Source: the human T2T-CHM13v2.0 reference genome, Homo sapiens
DNA: 64,000 nucleotides
Strand: one strand, 5' to 3'
NCBI RefSeq assembly: GCF_009914755.1
Contig: NC_060930.1
Part shown: in pieces, positions 1 through 12,343 of the stretch
How positions within the stretch are numbered: the stretch's first letter is position 1
Layout of the letters: every line of letters begins with the position of its first letter
Translations under genes and position numbers: made by a program
The notes under the pieces: model-generated
What the model was told of the DNA's origin: nothing
The model's database searches: none
The model's input: only the letters and a program-made list of their open reading frames with translations

Positions 1-301
1 GAAGAATTCTCAGAGACTTCTTTGTGATGTGTGAATTCAACTCACAGTGTGGATCCTTCCTTTTGATAGAGCAGTTTTGAAACCCTGTTTTTGTAGTATT
101 TCCAAGCGGATATTTGGAACGCCTTGAAGCGTATGGTAGAAAAGGAAATATCTTCCCATAAAACCTAGACAGAACCAATCTCAGAAACGACTTTGTGATG
201 TCTGCATTCAAGTCACAGAGTTGAACATTTCTCTTGATAGAGCAGTTTTGAAACCCTCTTTCTGAAGGATCTGCAAGTGGATATTTGGAACTCCTTTGGG
301 T

Positions 302-318
302 CTTCGTTGGAAACGGGA
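302..318 (+). other. CENP-B box, monomer 2 (recurs in every unit)
   Basis: cttcgttggaaacggga matches NTTCGNNNNANNCGGGN. Confidence 0.95.
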
Positions 319-638
319 TTTCTTCGTATAAATCTAGACAGAAGAATTCTCCGAAACTTCTTTGGTTGTGTGCATTCAAGTCACAGAGTGGAACCTTCCT
401 TTGGATAGAGCAGTTTGAAACGCCGTGGTTGTAGTATTTCCAAGCGGATATTAGAGCGCCTTGAGGCCTATGGTAGAAAAGGAAATATCTTCCCATAAAA
501 CCTAGACGGAAGCAATCTCAGAAACTACTGTGTGATGGCTGCATTCCACACACACGGTGGAACATTTCTCTTGATAGAGCAGTTTTGAAACACTCTTTCT
601 GTAGAATCTGCAAGTGGATAATTGGACCGCCTTGAGGC

Positions 639-655
639 CTTCGTTGGAAACGGGA
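639..655 (+). other. CENP-B box, monomer 4 (every 18-mer; absent from the 15-mer)
   Basis: cttcgttggaaacggga. Confidence 0.95.
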
Positions 656-807
656 TTTCTTCATGTTACTCTAGATAGAAGAATTCTCAAACACTGCTAT
701 GTGATGTTTGCATTCAAGTCACAGAGTGCAACATTCCTCTTGGTAGAGCAGTTGGGAAACACTCCTTTTGTAGAATCTGCAATGGGATATTTGGACTTCT
801 TTGAGGC

Positions 808-824
808 CTTCGTTGGAAACGGGA
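808..824 (+). other. CENP-B box, monomer 5 (every 18-mer; absent from the 15-mer)
   Basis: cttcgttggaaacggga. Confidence 0.95.
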
Positions 825-1147
825 TTTCTTCGTATGAATCTAGACAGAAGAATTCTCAGAAACTTCCTTGTGATGTGTGCATTCAACTCAGCGAGTGGCA
901 CCTTCCTTTGGATACAGCAGTTTTGAAACACTGTTTTTGTAGTATTTCCAAGCGGATATTTAGAGCGCCTTGAAGCCTATGCTAGAAATGGAAATATCTC
1001 CCCATAAAACCAAGACAGAAGCAATCTCAGAAACTAATGTGTGATGGCTGCATTCCACACACACGGTGGACCATTTCTCTTGATAGAGCAGTTTTGAAAC
1101 ACTCTTTCTGTAGAATCTGCAAGTGGATAATTGGACCTCCTAGAGGC

Positions 1148-1164
1148 CTTCGTTGGAAACGGGA
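1148..1164 (+). other. CENP-B box, monomer 7
   Basis: cttcgttggaaacggga. Confidence 0.95.
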
Positions 1165-1486
1165 TTTCTTCATCTAAACCTACAGAGAAGAATTCTCAGT
1201 AACTTCTTCGGATGTGTGCATTCGACGCACAGAATGGAACATTCCCTTTGATAGAGCAGTTTTGAGACACCGTTTTTGTAGAATTCCCAAGTGGATATTT
1301 AGAGCACTTTGAAGTCTCTGCTAGAAAAGGAAACATCTTCATGTAAAAAGTAGATAGAATCGTTCTCAGAAAGTGCTTAGTGACGTGTGCGTTCAACTCA
1401 CAGAGTTTAACGTTTCTTTTGATAGAGCGTTTCTGAAACACCCTTCTTGTAGTAGCTGCAAGTGGATATTTGGACCTATTGGAGGC

Positions 1487-1503
1487 CTTCTTTGGAAATG
1501 GGA
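1487..1503 (+). other. Degenerate (predicted non-binding) CENP-B box, monomer 9
   Basis: cttctttggaaatggga: both essential CpGs are lost. The second CpG is retained in unit 2 (4556) and in the 15-mer (62133). Confidence 0.85.
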
Positions 1504-1996
1504 TTTCTTCATGTAACTCTAGATTGAAGAGTTCTCAGAAACTCCTTTGTGATGTGTGCATTCAATTCAAAGAGTGAAACCTCCCTTTTCACAGAGCAGT
1601 TTTGAAACACTGTTTTTGTAGGATTTCCAAGGGGATATTTATAGCGCATTGAGCCTACGGCGGAAAAAGAAACATCTTCCTATAAAAACTAGACAGAATA
1701 CTTCTCAGAATCTGCTTTGCGATGTGTGCGTTCAACTCACAGAGTAAAACTTTTCTTTTGATAGAGCAGTTTTGAAACACTCTTTTTGTAGTATTTGCAT
1801 GTGTATATTTAGAGCGCATTGAAGCCCACAGTAGAAAAGGAAATAACTTCACCTAAAACCTAGACAGAAGCAATCTCAGAAACTACTTTGTGATGTGTAC
1901 ATTCAACTCACAGAGTGGAACTTTCCTCTTTATAGAGCAGTGTTGAAACACTCTTTTTGTAGAAACTGCAAGTGGATATTTGGACCTCTTTGAGGC

Positions 1997-2013
1997 CTTC
2001 GTTGGAAACGGGA
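1997..2013 (+). other. CENP-B box, monomer 12
   Basis: cttcgttggaaacggga. Confidence 0.95.
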
Positions 2014-2336
2014 TTTCTTCCTATAACCCTAGACAGAAGAATTTTCAGAAACCTCATTGTGATGTGTGCGTTCATCTCACAGAGTGGAGTCTTCCGTTTG
2101 ATAGAGAAGTTTTGAAACCCTGTTCTTGTAGGATTTCCAAGTGGATATTTAGACCACTTTGAAGCCTATGATAGAAAAGGAAACATCTTCATGGAAAACA
2201 TAGATAGAATCATCCTCAGAAACAACTTTGTGATGTGTGCGTTGAACTCACCGTCTTTAACCTTTCTTTTGGTAGAGAAGTTTTGAAACACTCTCTTTGT
2301 AAAGTCTACAAGTGGATATTTTGAGCCCTTGGAGGC

Positions 2337-2353
2337 ATTCTTTGGAAAAGGGA
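2337..2353 (+). other. Degenerate CENP-B-box-position sequence, monomer 14
   Basis: attctttggaaaaggga lacks both CpGs and is intermediate between the B-box and the A-type (pJalpha-like) sequence. Confidence 0.7.
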
Positions 2354-2678
2354 ATGTCTTCACATAAAAGGCAGACGGAAGTGTTCTCAGAAACTGCTTT
2401 GTGATGTCTGTGTTCAACTCACAGAGTTTAACATTTCCTTTGATAGAGCGGTTTAGTAACCCTCTCTTTGTAGAATTTGGAAGTGTATACTAAGAGCGCT
2501 TTGAGGCCTATGGTAGAAAAGGAAATATCTTTCCATAAAAGCTAGACAGAAGCAATCTCAGAAACTCCTTTGCGATGTCTGCATTCAACTCACCGAGTGG
2601 AACATTCCTCTTGAGAGAGCAGTTTGGAAACACTCTTTCTGTAGAATCAGCTTGTTTGTATTTGGACCTCCTTGAGGC

Positions 2679-2695
2679 CTTCGTTGGAAACGGGT
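2679..2695 (+). other. CENP-B box, monomer 16
   Basis: cttcgttggaaacgggt: all 9 essential positions are intact; the last, non-essential base differs. Confidence 0.9.
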
Positions 2696-3018
2696 TTTCA
2701 TCTTATAAACCCAGACAGAAGAATTCTCAGAGTCTTCTTTGTGATGTGTGCTTTCAACTCACCGAGATAAAGATTTCTCTTGATAGAGCAATTTGGAAAC
2801 ACTCTTTTTGTAGAATTTGCAAGGGTACATTGAGAGCGCTTTCAGGCCTATGGTAGAAAAGGGAATATCTTTCCATAAAAGGTAGACAGAAGCAATCTCA
2901 GAAACTACTTTGTGATGTGTGCATTCAACTCACCGAGTGCAACGTTCCTCTTGACCGAGCAGTTTGGAAACATTGTTTCTGTAGAATCTGCAAGTGGATA
3001 TTTGGACCTCTTTGAGGC

Positions 3019-3035
3019 CTTCGTTGGAAACGGGA
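3019..3035 (+). other. CENP-B box, monomer 18
   Basis: cttcgttggaaacggga. Confidence 0.95.
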
Positions 3036-6000
3036 TTTCTTCCTATAAACCCAGACAGAAGAATTCTCAGAGACTTCTTTGTGATGTGTGAATTCAACTC
3101 ACAGTGTGGATCCTTCCTTTTGATAGAGCAGTTTTGAAACCCTGTTTTTGTAGTATTTCCAAGCGGATATTCGGAACGCCTTGAAGCGTATGGTAGAAAA
3201 GGAAATATCTTCCCATAAAACCTAGACAGAACCAATCTCAGAAACGACTTTGTGATGTCTGCATTCAAGTCACAGAGTTGAACATTTCTCTTGATAGAGC
3301 AGTTTTGAAACCCTCTTTCTGAAGGATCTGCAAGTGGATATTTGGAACTCCTTTGGGTCTTCGTTGGAAACGGGATTTCTTCGTATAAATCTAGACAGAA
3401 GAATTCTCCGAAACTTCTTTGGTTGTGTGCATTCAAGTCACAGAGTGGAACCTTCCTTTGGATAGAGCAGTTTGAAACGCCGTGGTTGTAGTATTTCCAA
3501 GCGGATATTAGAGCGCCTTGAGGCCTATGGTAGAAAAGGAAATATCTTCCCATAAAACCTAGACGGAAGCAATCTCAGAAACTACTGTGTGATGGCTGCA
3601 TTCCACACACACGGTGGAACATTTCTCTTGATAGAGCAGTTTTGAAACACTCTTTCTGTAGAATCTGCAAGTGGATAATTGGACCGCCTTGAGGCCTTCG
3701 TTGGAAACGGGATTTCTTCATGTTACTCTAGATAGAAGAATTCTCAAACACTGCTATGTGATGTTTGCATTCAAGTCACAGAGTGCAACATTCCTCTTGG
3801 TAGAGCAGTTGGGAAACACTCCTTTTGTAGAATCTGCAATGGGATATTTGGACTTCTTTGAGGCCTTCGTTGGAAACGGGATTTCTTCGTATGAATCTAG
3901 ACAGAAGAATTCTCAGAAACTTCCTTGTGATGTGTGCATTCAACTCAGCGAGTGGCACCTTCCTTTGGATACAGCAGTTTTGAAACACTGTTTTTGTAGT
4001 ATTTCCAAGCGGATATTTAGAGCGCCTTGAAGCCTATGCTAGAAATGGAAATATCTCCCCATAAAACCAAGACAGAAGCAATCTCAGAAACTAATGTGTG
4101 ATGGCTGCATTCCACACACACGGTGGACCATTTCTCTTGATAGAGCAGTTTTGAAACACTCTTTCTGTAGAATCTGCAAGTGGATAATTGGACCTCCTAG
4201 AGGCCTTCGTTGGAAACGGGATTTCTTCATCTAAACCTACAGAGAAGAATTCTCAGTAACTTCTTCGGATGTGTGCATTCGACGCACAGAATGGAACATT
4301 CCCTTTGATAGAGCAGTTTTGAGACACCGTTTTTGTAGAATTCCCAAGTGGATATTTAGAGCACTTTGAAGTCTCTGCTAGAAAAGGAAACATCTTCATG
4401 TAAAAAGTAGATAGAATCGTTCTCAGAAAGTGCTTAGTGACGTGTGCGTTCAACTCACAGAGTTTAACGTTTCTTTTGATAGAGCGTTTCTGAAACACCC
4501 TTCTTGTAGTAGCTGCAAGTGGATATTTGGACCTATTGGAGGCCTTCTTTGGAAACGGGATTTCTTCATGTAACTCTAGATTGAAGAGTTCTCAGAAACT
4601 CCTTTGTGATGTGTGCATTCAATTCAAAGAGTGAAACCTCCCTTTTCACAGAGCAGTTTTGAAACACTGTTTTTGTAGGATTTCCAAGGGGATATTTATA
4701 GCGCATTGAGCCTACGGCGGAAAAAGAAACATCTTCCTATAAAAACTAGACAGAATACTTCTCAGAATCTGCTTTGCGATGTGTGCGTTCAACTCACAGA
4801 GTAAAACTTTTCTTTTGATAGAGCAGTTTTGAAACACTCTTTTTGTAGTATTTGCATGTGTATATTTAGAGCGCATTGAAGCCCACAGTAGAAAAGGAAA
4901 TAACTTCACCTAAAACCTAGACAGAAGCAATCTCAGAAACTACTTTGTGATGTGTACATTCAACTCACAGAGTGGAACTTTCCTCTTTATAGAGCAGTGT
5001 TGAAACACTCTTTTTGTAGAAACTGCAAGTGGATATTTGGACCTCTTTGAGGCCTTCGTTGGAAACGGGATTTCTTCCTATAACCCTAGACAGAAGAATT
5101 TTCAGAAACCTCATTGTGATGTGTGCGTTCATCTCACAGAGTGGAGTCTTCCGTTTGATAGAGAAGTTTTGAAACCCTGTTCTTGTAGGATTTCCAAGTG
5201 GATATTTAGACCACTTTGAAGCCTATGATAGAAAAGGAAACATCTTCATGGAAAACATAGATAGAATCATCCTCAGAAACAACTTTGTGATGTGTGCGTT
5301 GAACTCACCGTCTTTAACCTTTCTTTTGGTAGAGAAGTTTTGAAACACTCTCTTTGTAAAGTCTACAAGTGGATATTTTGAGCCCTTGGAGGCATTCTTT
5401 GGAAAAGGGAATGTCTTCACATAAAAGGCAGACGGAAGTGTTCTCAGAAACTGCTTTGTGATGTCTGTGTTCAACTCACAGAGTTTAACATTTCCTTTGA
5501 TAGAGCGGTTTAGTAACCCTCTCTTTGTAGAATTTGGAAGTGTATACTAAGAGCGCTTTGAGGCCTATGGTAGAAAAGGAAATATCTTTCCATAAAAGCT
5601 AGACAGAAGCAATCTCAGAAACTCCTTTGCGATGTCTGCATTCAACTCACCGAGTGGAACATTCCTCTTGAGAGAGCAGTTTGGAAACACTCTTTCTGTA
5701 GAATCAGCTTGTTTGTATTTGGACCTCCTTGAGGCCTTCGTTGGAAACGGGTTTTCATCTTATAAACCCAGACAGAAGAATTCTCAGAGTCTTCTTTGTG
5801 ATGTGTGCTTTCAACTCACCGAGATAAAGATTTCTCTTGATAGAGCAATTTGGAAACACTCTTTTTGTAGAATTTGCAAGGGTACATTGAGAGCGCTTTC
5901 AGGCCTATGGTAGAAAAGGGAATATCTTTCCATAAAAGGTAGACAGAAGCAATCTCAGAAACTACTTTGTGATGTGTGCATTCAACTCACCGAGTGCAAC

Positions 6001-9000
6001 GTTCCTCTTGACCGAGCAGTTTGGAAACATTGTTTCTGTAGAATCTGCAAGTGGATATTTGGACCTCTTTGAGGCCTTCGTTGGAAACGGGATTTCTTCC
6101 TATAAACCCAGACAGAAGAATTCTCAGAGACTTCTTTGTGATGTGTGAATTCAACTCACAGTGTGGATCCTTCCTTTTGATAGAGCAGTTTTGAAACCCT
6201 GTTTTTGTAGTATTTCCAAGCGGATATTCGGAACGCCTTGAAGCGTATGGTAGAAAAGGAAATATCTTCCCATAAAACCTAGACAGAACCAATCTCAGAA
6301 ACGACTTTGTGATGTCTGCATTCAAGTCACAGAGTTGAACATTTCTCTTGATAGAGCAGTTTTGAAACCCTCTTTCTGAAGGATCTGCAAGTGGATATTT
6401 GGAACTCCTTTGGGTCTTCGTTGGAAACGGGATTTCTTCGTATAAATCTAGACAGAAGAATTCTCCGAAACTTCTTTGGTTGTGTGCATTCAAGTCACAG
6501 AGTGGAACCTTCCTTTGGATAGAGCAGTTTGAAACGCCGTGGTTGTAGTATTTCCAAGCGGATATTAGAGCGCCTTGAGGCCTATGGTAGAAAAGGAAAT
6601 ATCTTCCCATAAAACCTAGACGGAAGCAATCTCAGAAACTACTGTGTGATGGCTGCATTCCACACACACGGTGGAACATTTCTCTTGATAGAGCAGTTTT
6701 GAAACACTCTTTCTGTAGAATCTGCAAGTGGATAATTGGACCGCCTTGAGGCCTTCGTTGGAAACGGGATTTCTTCATGTTACTCTAGATAGAAGAATTC
6801 TCAAACACTGCTATGTGATGTTTGCATTCAAGTCACAGAGTGCAACATTCCTCTTGGTAGAGCAGTTGGGAAACACTCCTTTTGTAGAATCTGCAATGGG
6901 ATATTTGGACTTCTTTGAGGCCTTCGTTGGAAACGGGATTTCTTCGTATGAATCTAGACAGAAGAATTCTCAGAAACTTCCTTGTGATGTGTGCATTCAA
7001 CTCAGCGAGTGGCACCTTCCTTTGGATACAGCAGTTTTGAAACACTGTTTTTGTAGTATTTCCAAGCGGATATTTAGAGCGCCTTGAAGCCTATGCTAGA
7101 AATGGAAATATCTCCCCATAAAACCAAGACAGAAGCAATCTCAGAAACTAATGTGTGATGGCTGCATTCCACACACACGGTGGACCATTTCTCTTGATAG
7201 AGCAGTTTTGAAACACTCTTTCTGTAGAATCTGCAAGTGGATAATTGGACCTCCTAGAGGCCTTCGTTGGAAACGGGATTTCTTCATCTAAACCTACAGA
7301 GAAGAATTCTCAGTAACTTCTTCGGATGTGTGCATTCGACGCACAGAATGGAACATTCCCTTTGATAGAGCAGTTTTGAGACACCGTTTTTGTAGAATTC
7401 CCAAGTGGATATTTAGAGCACTTTGAAGTCTCTGCTAGAAAAGGAAACATCTTCATGTAAAAAGTAGATAGAATCGTTCTCAGAAAGTGCTTAGTGACGT
7501 GTGCGTTCAACTCACAGAGTTTAACGTTTCTTTTGATAGAGCGTTTCTGAAACACCCTTCTTGTAGTAGCTGCAAGTGGATATTTGGACCTATTGGAGGC
7601 CTTCTTTGGAAATGGGATTTCTTCATGTAACTCTAGATTGAAGAGTTCTCAGAAACTCCTTTGTGATGTGTGCATTCAATTCAAAGAGTGAAACCTCCCT
7701 TTTCACAGAGCAGTTTTGAAACACTGTTTTTGTAGGATTTCCAAGGGGATATTTATAGCGCATTGAGCCTACGGCGGAAAAAGAAACATCTTCCTATAAA
7801 AACTAGACAGAATACTTCTCAGAATCTGCTTTGCGATGTGTGCGTTCAACTCACAGAGTAAAACTTTTCTTTTGATAGAGCAGTTTTGAAACACTCTTTT
7901 TGTAGTATTTGCATGTGTATATTTAGAGCGCATTGAAGCCCACAGTAGAAAAGGAAATAACTTCACCTAAAACCTAGACAGAAGCAATCTCAGAAACTAC
8001 TTTGTGATGTGTACATTCAACTCACAGAGTGGAACTTTCCTCTTTATAGAGCAGTGTTGAAACACTCTTTTTGTAGAAACTGCAAGTGGATATTTGGACC
8101 TCTTTGAGGCCTTCGTTGGAAACGGGATTTCTTCCTATAACCCTAGACAGAAGAATTTTCAGAAACCTCATTGTGATGTGTGCGTTCATCTCACAGAGTG
8201 GAGTCTTCCGTTTGATAGAGAAGTTTTGAAACCCTGTTCTTGTAGGATTTCCAAGTGGATATTTAGACCACTTTGAAGCCTATGATAGAAAAGGAAACAT
8301 CTTCATGGAAAACATAGATAGAATCATCCTCAGAAACAACTTTGTGATGTGTGCGTTGAACTCACCGTCTTTAACCTTTCTTTTGGTAGAGAAGTTTTGA
8401 AACACTCTCTTTGTAAAGTCTACAAGTGGATATTTTGAGCCCTTGGAGGCATTCTTTGGAAAAGGGAATGTCTTCACATAAAAGGCAGACGGAAGTGTTC
8501 TCAGAAACTGCTTTGTGATGTCTGTGTTCAACTCACAGAGTTTAACATTTCCTTTGATAGAGCGGTTTAGTAACCCTCTCTTTGTAGAATTTGGAAGTGT
8601 ATACTAAGAGCGCTTTGAGGCCTATGGTAGAAAAGGAAATATCTTTCCATAAAAGCTAGACAGAAGCAATCTCAGAAACTCCTTTGCGATGTCTGCATTC
8701 AACTCACCGAGTGGAACATTCCTCTTGAGAGAGCAGTTTGGAAACACTCTTTCTGTAGAATCAGCTTGTTTGTATTTGGACCTCCTTGAGGCCTTCGTTG
8801 GAAACGGGTTTTCATCTTATAAACCCAGACAGAAGAATTCTCAGAGTCTTCTTTGTGATGTGTGCTTTCAACTCACCGAGATAAAGATTTCTCTTGATAG
8901 AGCAATTTGGAAACACTCTTTTTGTAGAATTTGCAAGGGTACATTGAGAGCGCTTTCAGGCCTATGGTAGAAAAGGGAATATCTTTCCATAAAAGGTAGA

Positions 9001-12000
9001 CAGAAGCAATCTCAGAAACTACTTTGTGATGTGTGCATTCAACTCACCGAGTGCAACGTTCCTCTTGACCGAGCAGTTTGGAAACATTGTTTCTGTAGAA
9101 TCTGCAAGTGGATATTTGGACCTCTTTGAGGCCTTCGTTGGAAACGGGATTTCTTCCTATAAACCCAGACAGAAGAATTCTCAGAGACTTCTTTGTGATG
9201 TGTGAATTCAACTCACAGTGTGGATCCTTCCTTTTGATAGAGCAGTTTTGAAACCCTGTTTTTGTAGTATTTCCAAGCGGATATTTGGAACGCCTTGAAG
9301 CGTATGGTAGAAAAGGAAATATCTTCCCATAAAACCTAGACAGAACCAATCTCAGAAACGACTTTGTGATGTCTGCATTCAAGTCACAGAGTTGAACATT
9401 TCTCTTGATAGAGCAGTTTTGAAACCCTCTTTCTGAAGGATCTGCAAGTGGATATTTGGAACTCCTTTGGGTCTTCGTTGGAAACGGGATTTCTTCGTAT
9501 AAATCTAGACAGAAGAATTCTCCGAAACTTCTTTGGTTGTGTGCATTCAAGTCACAGAGTGGAACCTTCCTTTGGATAGAGCAGTTTGAAACGCCGTGGT
9601 TGTAGTATTTCCAAGCGGATATTAGAGCGCCTTGAGGCCTATGGTAGAAAAGGAAATATCTTCCCATAAAACCTAGACGGAAGCAATCTCAGAAACTACT
9701 GTGTGATGGCTGCATTCCACACACACGGTGGAACATTTCTCTTGATAGAGCAGTTTTGAAACACTCTTTCTGTAGAATCTGCAAGTGGATAATTGGACCG
9801 CCTTGAGGCCTTCGTTGGAAACGGGATTTCTTCATGTTACTCTAGATAGAAGAATTCTCAAACACTGCTATGTGATGTTTGCATTCAAGTCACAGAGTGC
9901 AACATTCCTCTTGGTAGAGCAGTTGGGAAACACTCCTTTTGTAGAATCTGCAATGGGATATTTGGACTTCTTTGAGGCCTTCGTTGGAAACGGGATTTCT
10001 TCGTATGAATCTAGACAGAAGAATTCTCAGAAACTTCCTTGTGATGTGTGCATTCAACTCAGCGAGTGGCACCTTCCTTTGGATACAGCAGTTTTGAAAC
10101 ACTGTTTTTGTAGTATTTCCAAGCGGATATTTAGAGCGCCTTGAAGCCTATGCTAGAAATGGAAATATCTCCCCATAAAACCAAGACAGAAGCAATCTCA
10201 GAAACTAATGTGTGATGGCTGCATTCCACACACACGGTGGACCATTTCTCTTGATAGAGCAGTTTTGAAACACTCTTTCTGTAGAATCTGCAAGTGGATA
10301 ATTGGACCTCCTAGAGGCCTTCGTTGGAAACGGGATTTCTTCATCTAAACCTACAGAGAAGAATTCTCAGTAACTTCTTCGGATGTGTGCATTCGACGCA
10401 CAGAATGGAACATTCCCTTTGATAGAGCAGTTTTGAGACACCGTTTTTGTAGAATTCCCAAGTGGATATTTAGAGCACTTTGAAGTCTCTGCTAGAAAAG
10501 GAAACATCTTCATGTAAAAAGTAGATAGAATCGTTCTCAGAAAGTGCTTAGTGACGTGTGCGTTCAACTCACAGAGTTTAACGTTTCTTTTGATAGAGCG
10601 TTTCTGAAACACCCTTCTTGTAGTAGCTGCAAGTGGATATTTGGACCTATTGGAGGCCTTCTTTGGAAATGGGATTTCTTCATGTAACTCTAGATTGAAG
10701 AGTTCTCAGAAACTCCTTTGTGATGTGTGCATTCAATTCAAAGAGTGAAACCTCCCTTTTCACAGAGCAGTTTTGAAACACTGTTTTTGTAGGATTTCCA
10801 AGGGGATATTTATAGCGCATTGAGCCTACGGCGGAAAAAGAAACATCTTCCTATAAAAACTAGACAGAATACTTCTCAGAATCTGCTTTGCGATGTGTGC
10901 GTTCAACTCACAGAGTAAAACTTTTCTTTTGATAGAGCAGTTTTGAAACACTCTTTTTGTAGTATTTGCATGTGTATATTTAGAGCGCATTGAAGCCCAC
11001 AGTAGAAAAGGAAATAACTTCACCTAAAACCTAGACAGAAGCAATCTCAGAAACTACTTTGTGATGTGTACATTCAACTCACAGAGTGGAACTTTCCTCT
11101 TTATAGAGCAGTGTTGAAACACTCTTTTTGTAGAAACTGCAAGTGGATATTTGGACCTCTTTGAGGCCTTCGTTGGAAACGGGATTTCTTCCTATAACCC
11201 TAGACAGAAGAATTTTCAGAAACCTCATTGTGATGTGTGCGTTCATCTCACAGAGTGGAGTCTTCCGTTTGATAGAGAAGTTTTGAAACCCTGTTCTTGT
11301 AGGATTTCCAAGTGGATATTTAGACCACTTTGAAGCCTATGATAGAAAAGGAAACATCTTCATGGAAAACATAGATAGAATCATCCTCAGAAACAACTTT
11401 GTGATGTGTGCGTTGAACTCACCGTCTTTAACCTTTCTTTTGGTAGAGAAGTTTTGAAACACTCTCTTTGTAAAGTCTACAAGTGGATATTTTGAGCCCT
11501 TGGAGGCATTCTTTGGAAAAGGGAATGTCTTCACATAAAAGGCAGACGGAAGTGTTCTCAGAAACTGCTTTGTGATGTCTGTGTTCAACTCACAGAGTTT
11601 AACATTTCCTTTGATAGAGCGGTTTAGTAACCCTCTCTTTGTAGAATTTGGAAGTGTATACTAAGAGCGCTTTGAGGCCTATGGTAGAAAAGGAAATATC
11701 TTTCCATAAAAGCTAGACAGAAGCAATCTCAGAAACTCCTTTGCGATGTCTGCATTCAACTCACCGAGTGGAACATTCCTCTTGAGAGAGCAGTTTGGAA
11801 ACACTCTTTCTGTAGAATCAGCTTGTTTGTATTTGGACCTCCTTGAGGCCTTCGTTGGAAACGGGTTTTCATCTTATAAACCCAGACAGAAGAATTCTCA
11901 GAGTCTTCTTTGTGATGTGTGCTTTCAACTCACCGAGATAAAGATTTCTCTTGATAGAGCAATTTGGAAACACTCTTTTTGTAGAATTTGCAAGGGTACA

Positions 12001-12343
12001 TTGAGAGCGCTTTCAGGCCTATGGTAGAAAAGGGAATATCTTTCCATAAAAGGTAGACAGAAGCAATCTCAGAAACTACTTTGTGATGTGTGCATTCAAC
12101 TCACCGAGTGCAACGTTCCTCTTGACTGAGCAGTTTGGAAACATTGTTTCTGTAGAATCTGCAAGTGGATATTTGGACCTCTTTGAGGCCTTCGTTGGAA
12201 ACGGGATTTCTTCCTATAAACCCAGACAGAAGAATTCTCAGAGACTTCTTTGTGATGTGTGAATTCAACTCACAGTGTGGATCCTTCCTTTTGATAGAGC
12301 AGTTTTGAAACCCTGTTTTTGTAGTATTTCCAAGCGGATATTT

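Larger units (their letters stand above)
1..3057 (+). repeat. Reference 18-mer HOR unit (unit 1; monomer numbering is local to this window)
   Basis: Monomer starts at 1, 172, 341, 509, 678, 847, 1018, 1187, 1357, 1526, 1696, 1867, 2036, 2207, 2378, 2549, 2718, 2889; gaagaattctcagagacttc recurs at 3058. Confidence 0.97.

Noticed and set aside
547-555. Short CA run (cacacacac) in monomers 4 and 7 as a microsatellite
   Set aside because: Only about 4.5 repeats, length-invariant across units, and derived by substitution from the monomer consensus (caactcacag).
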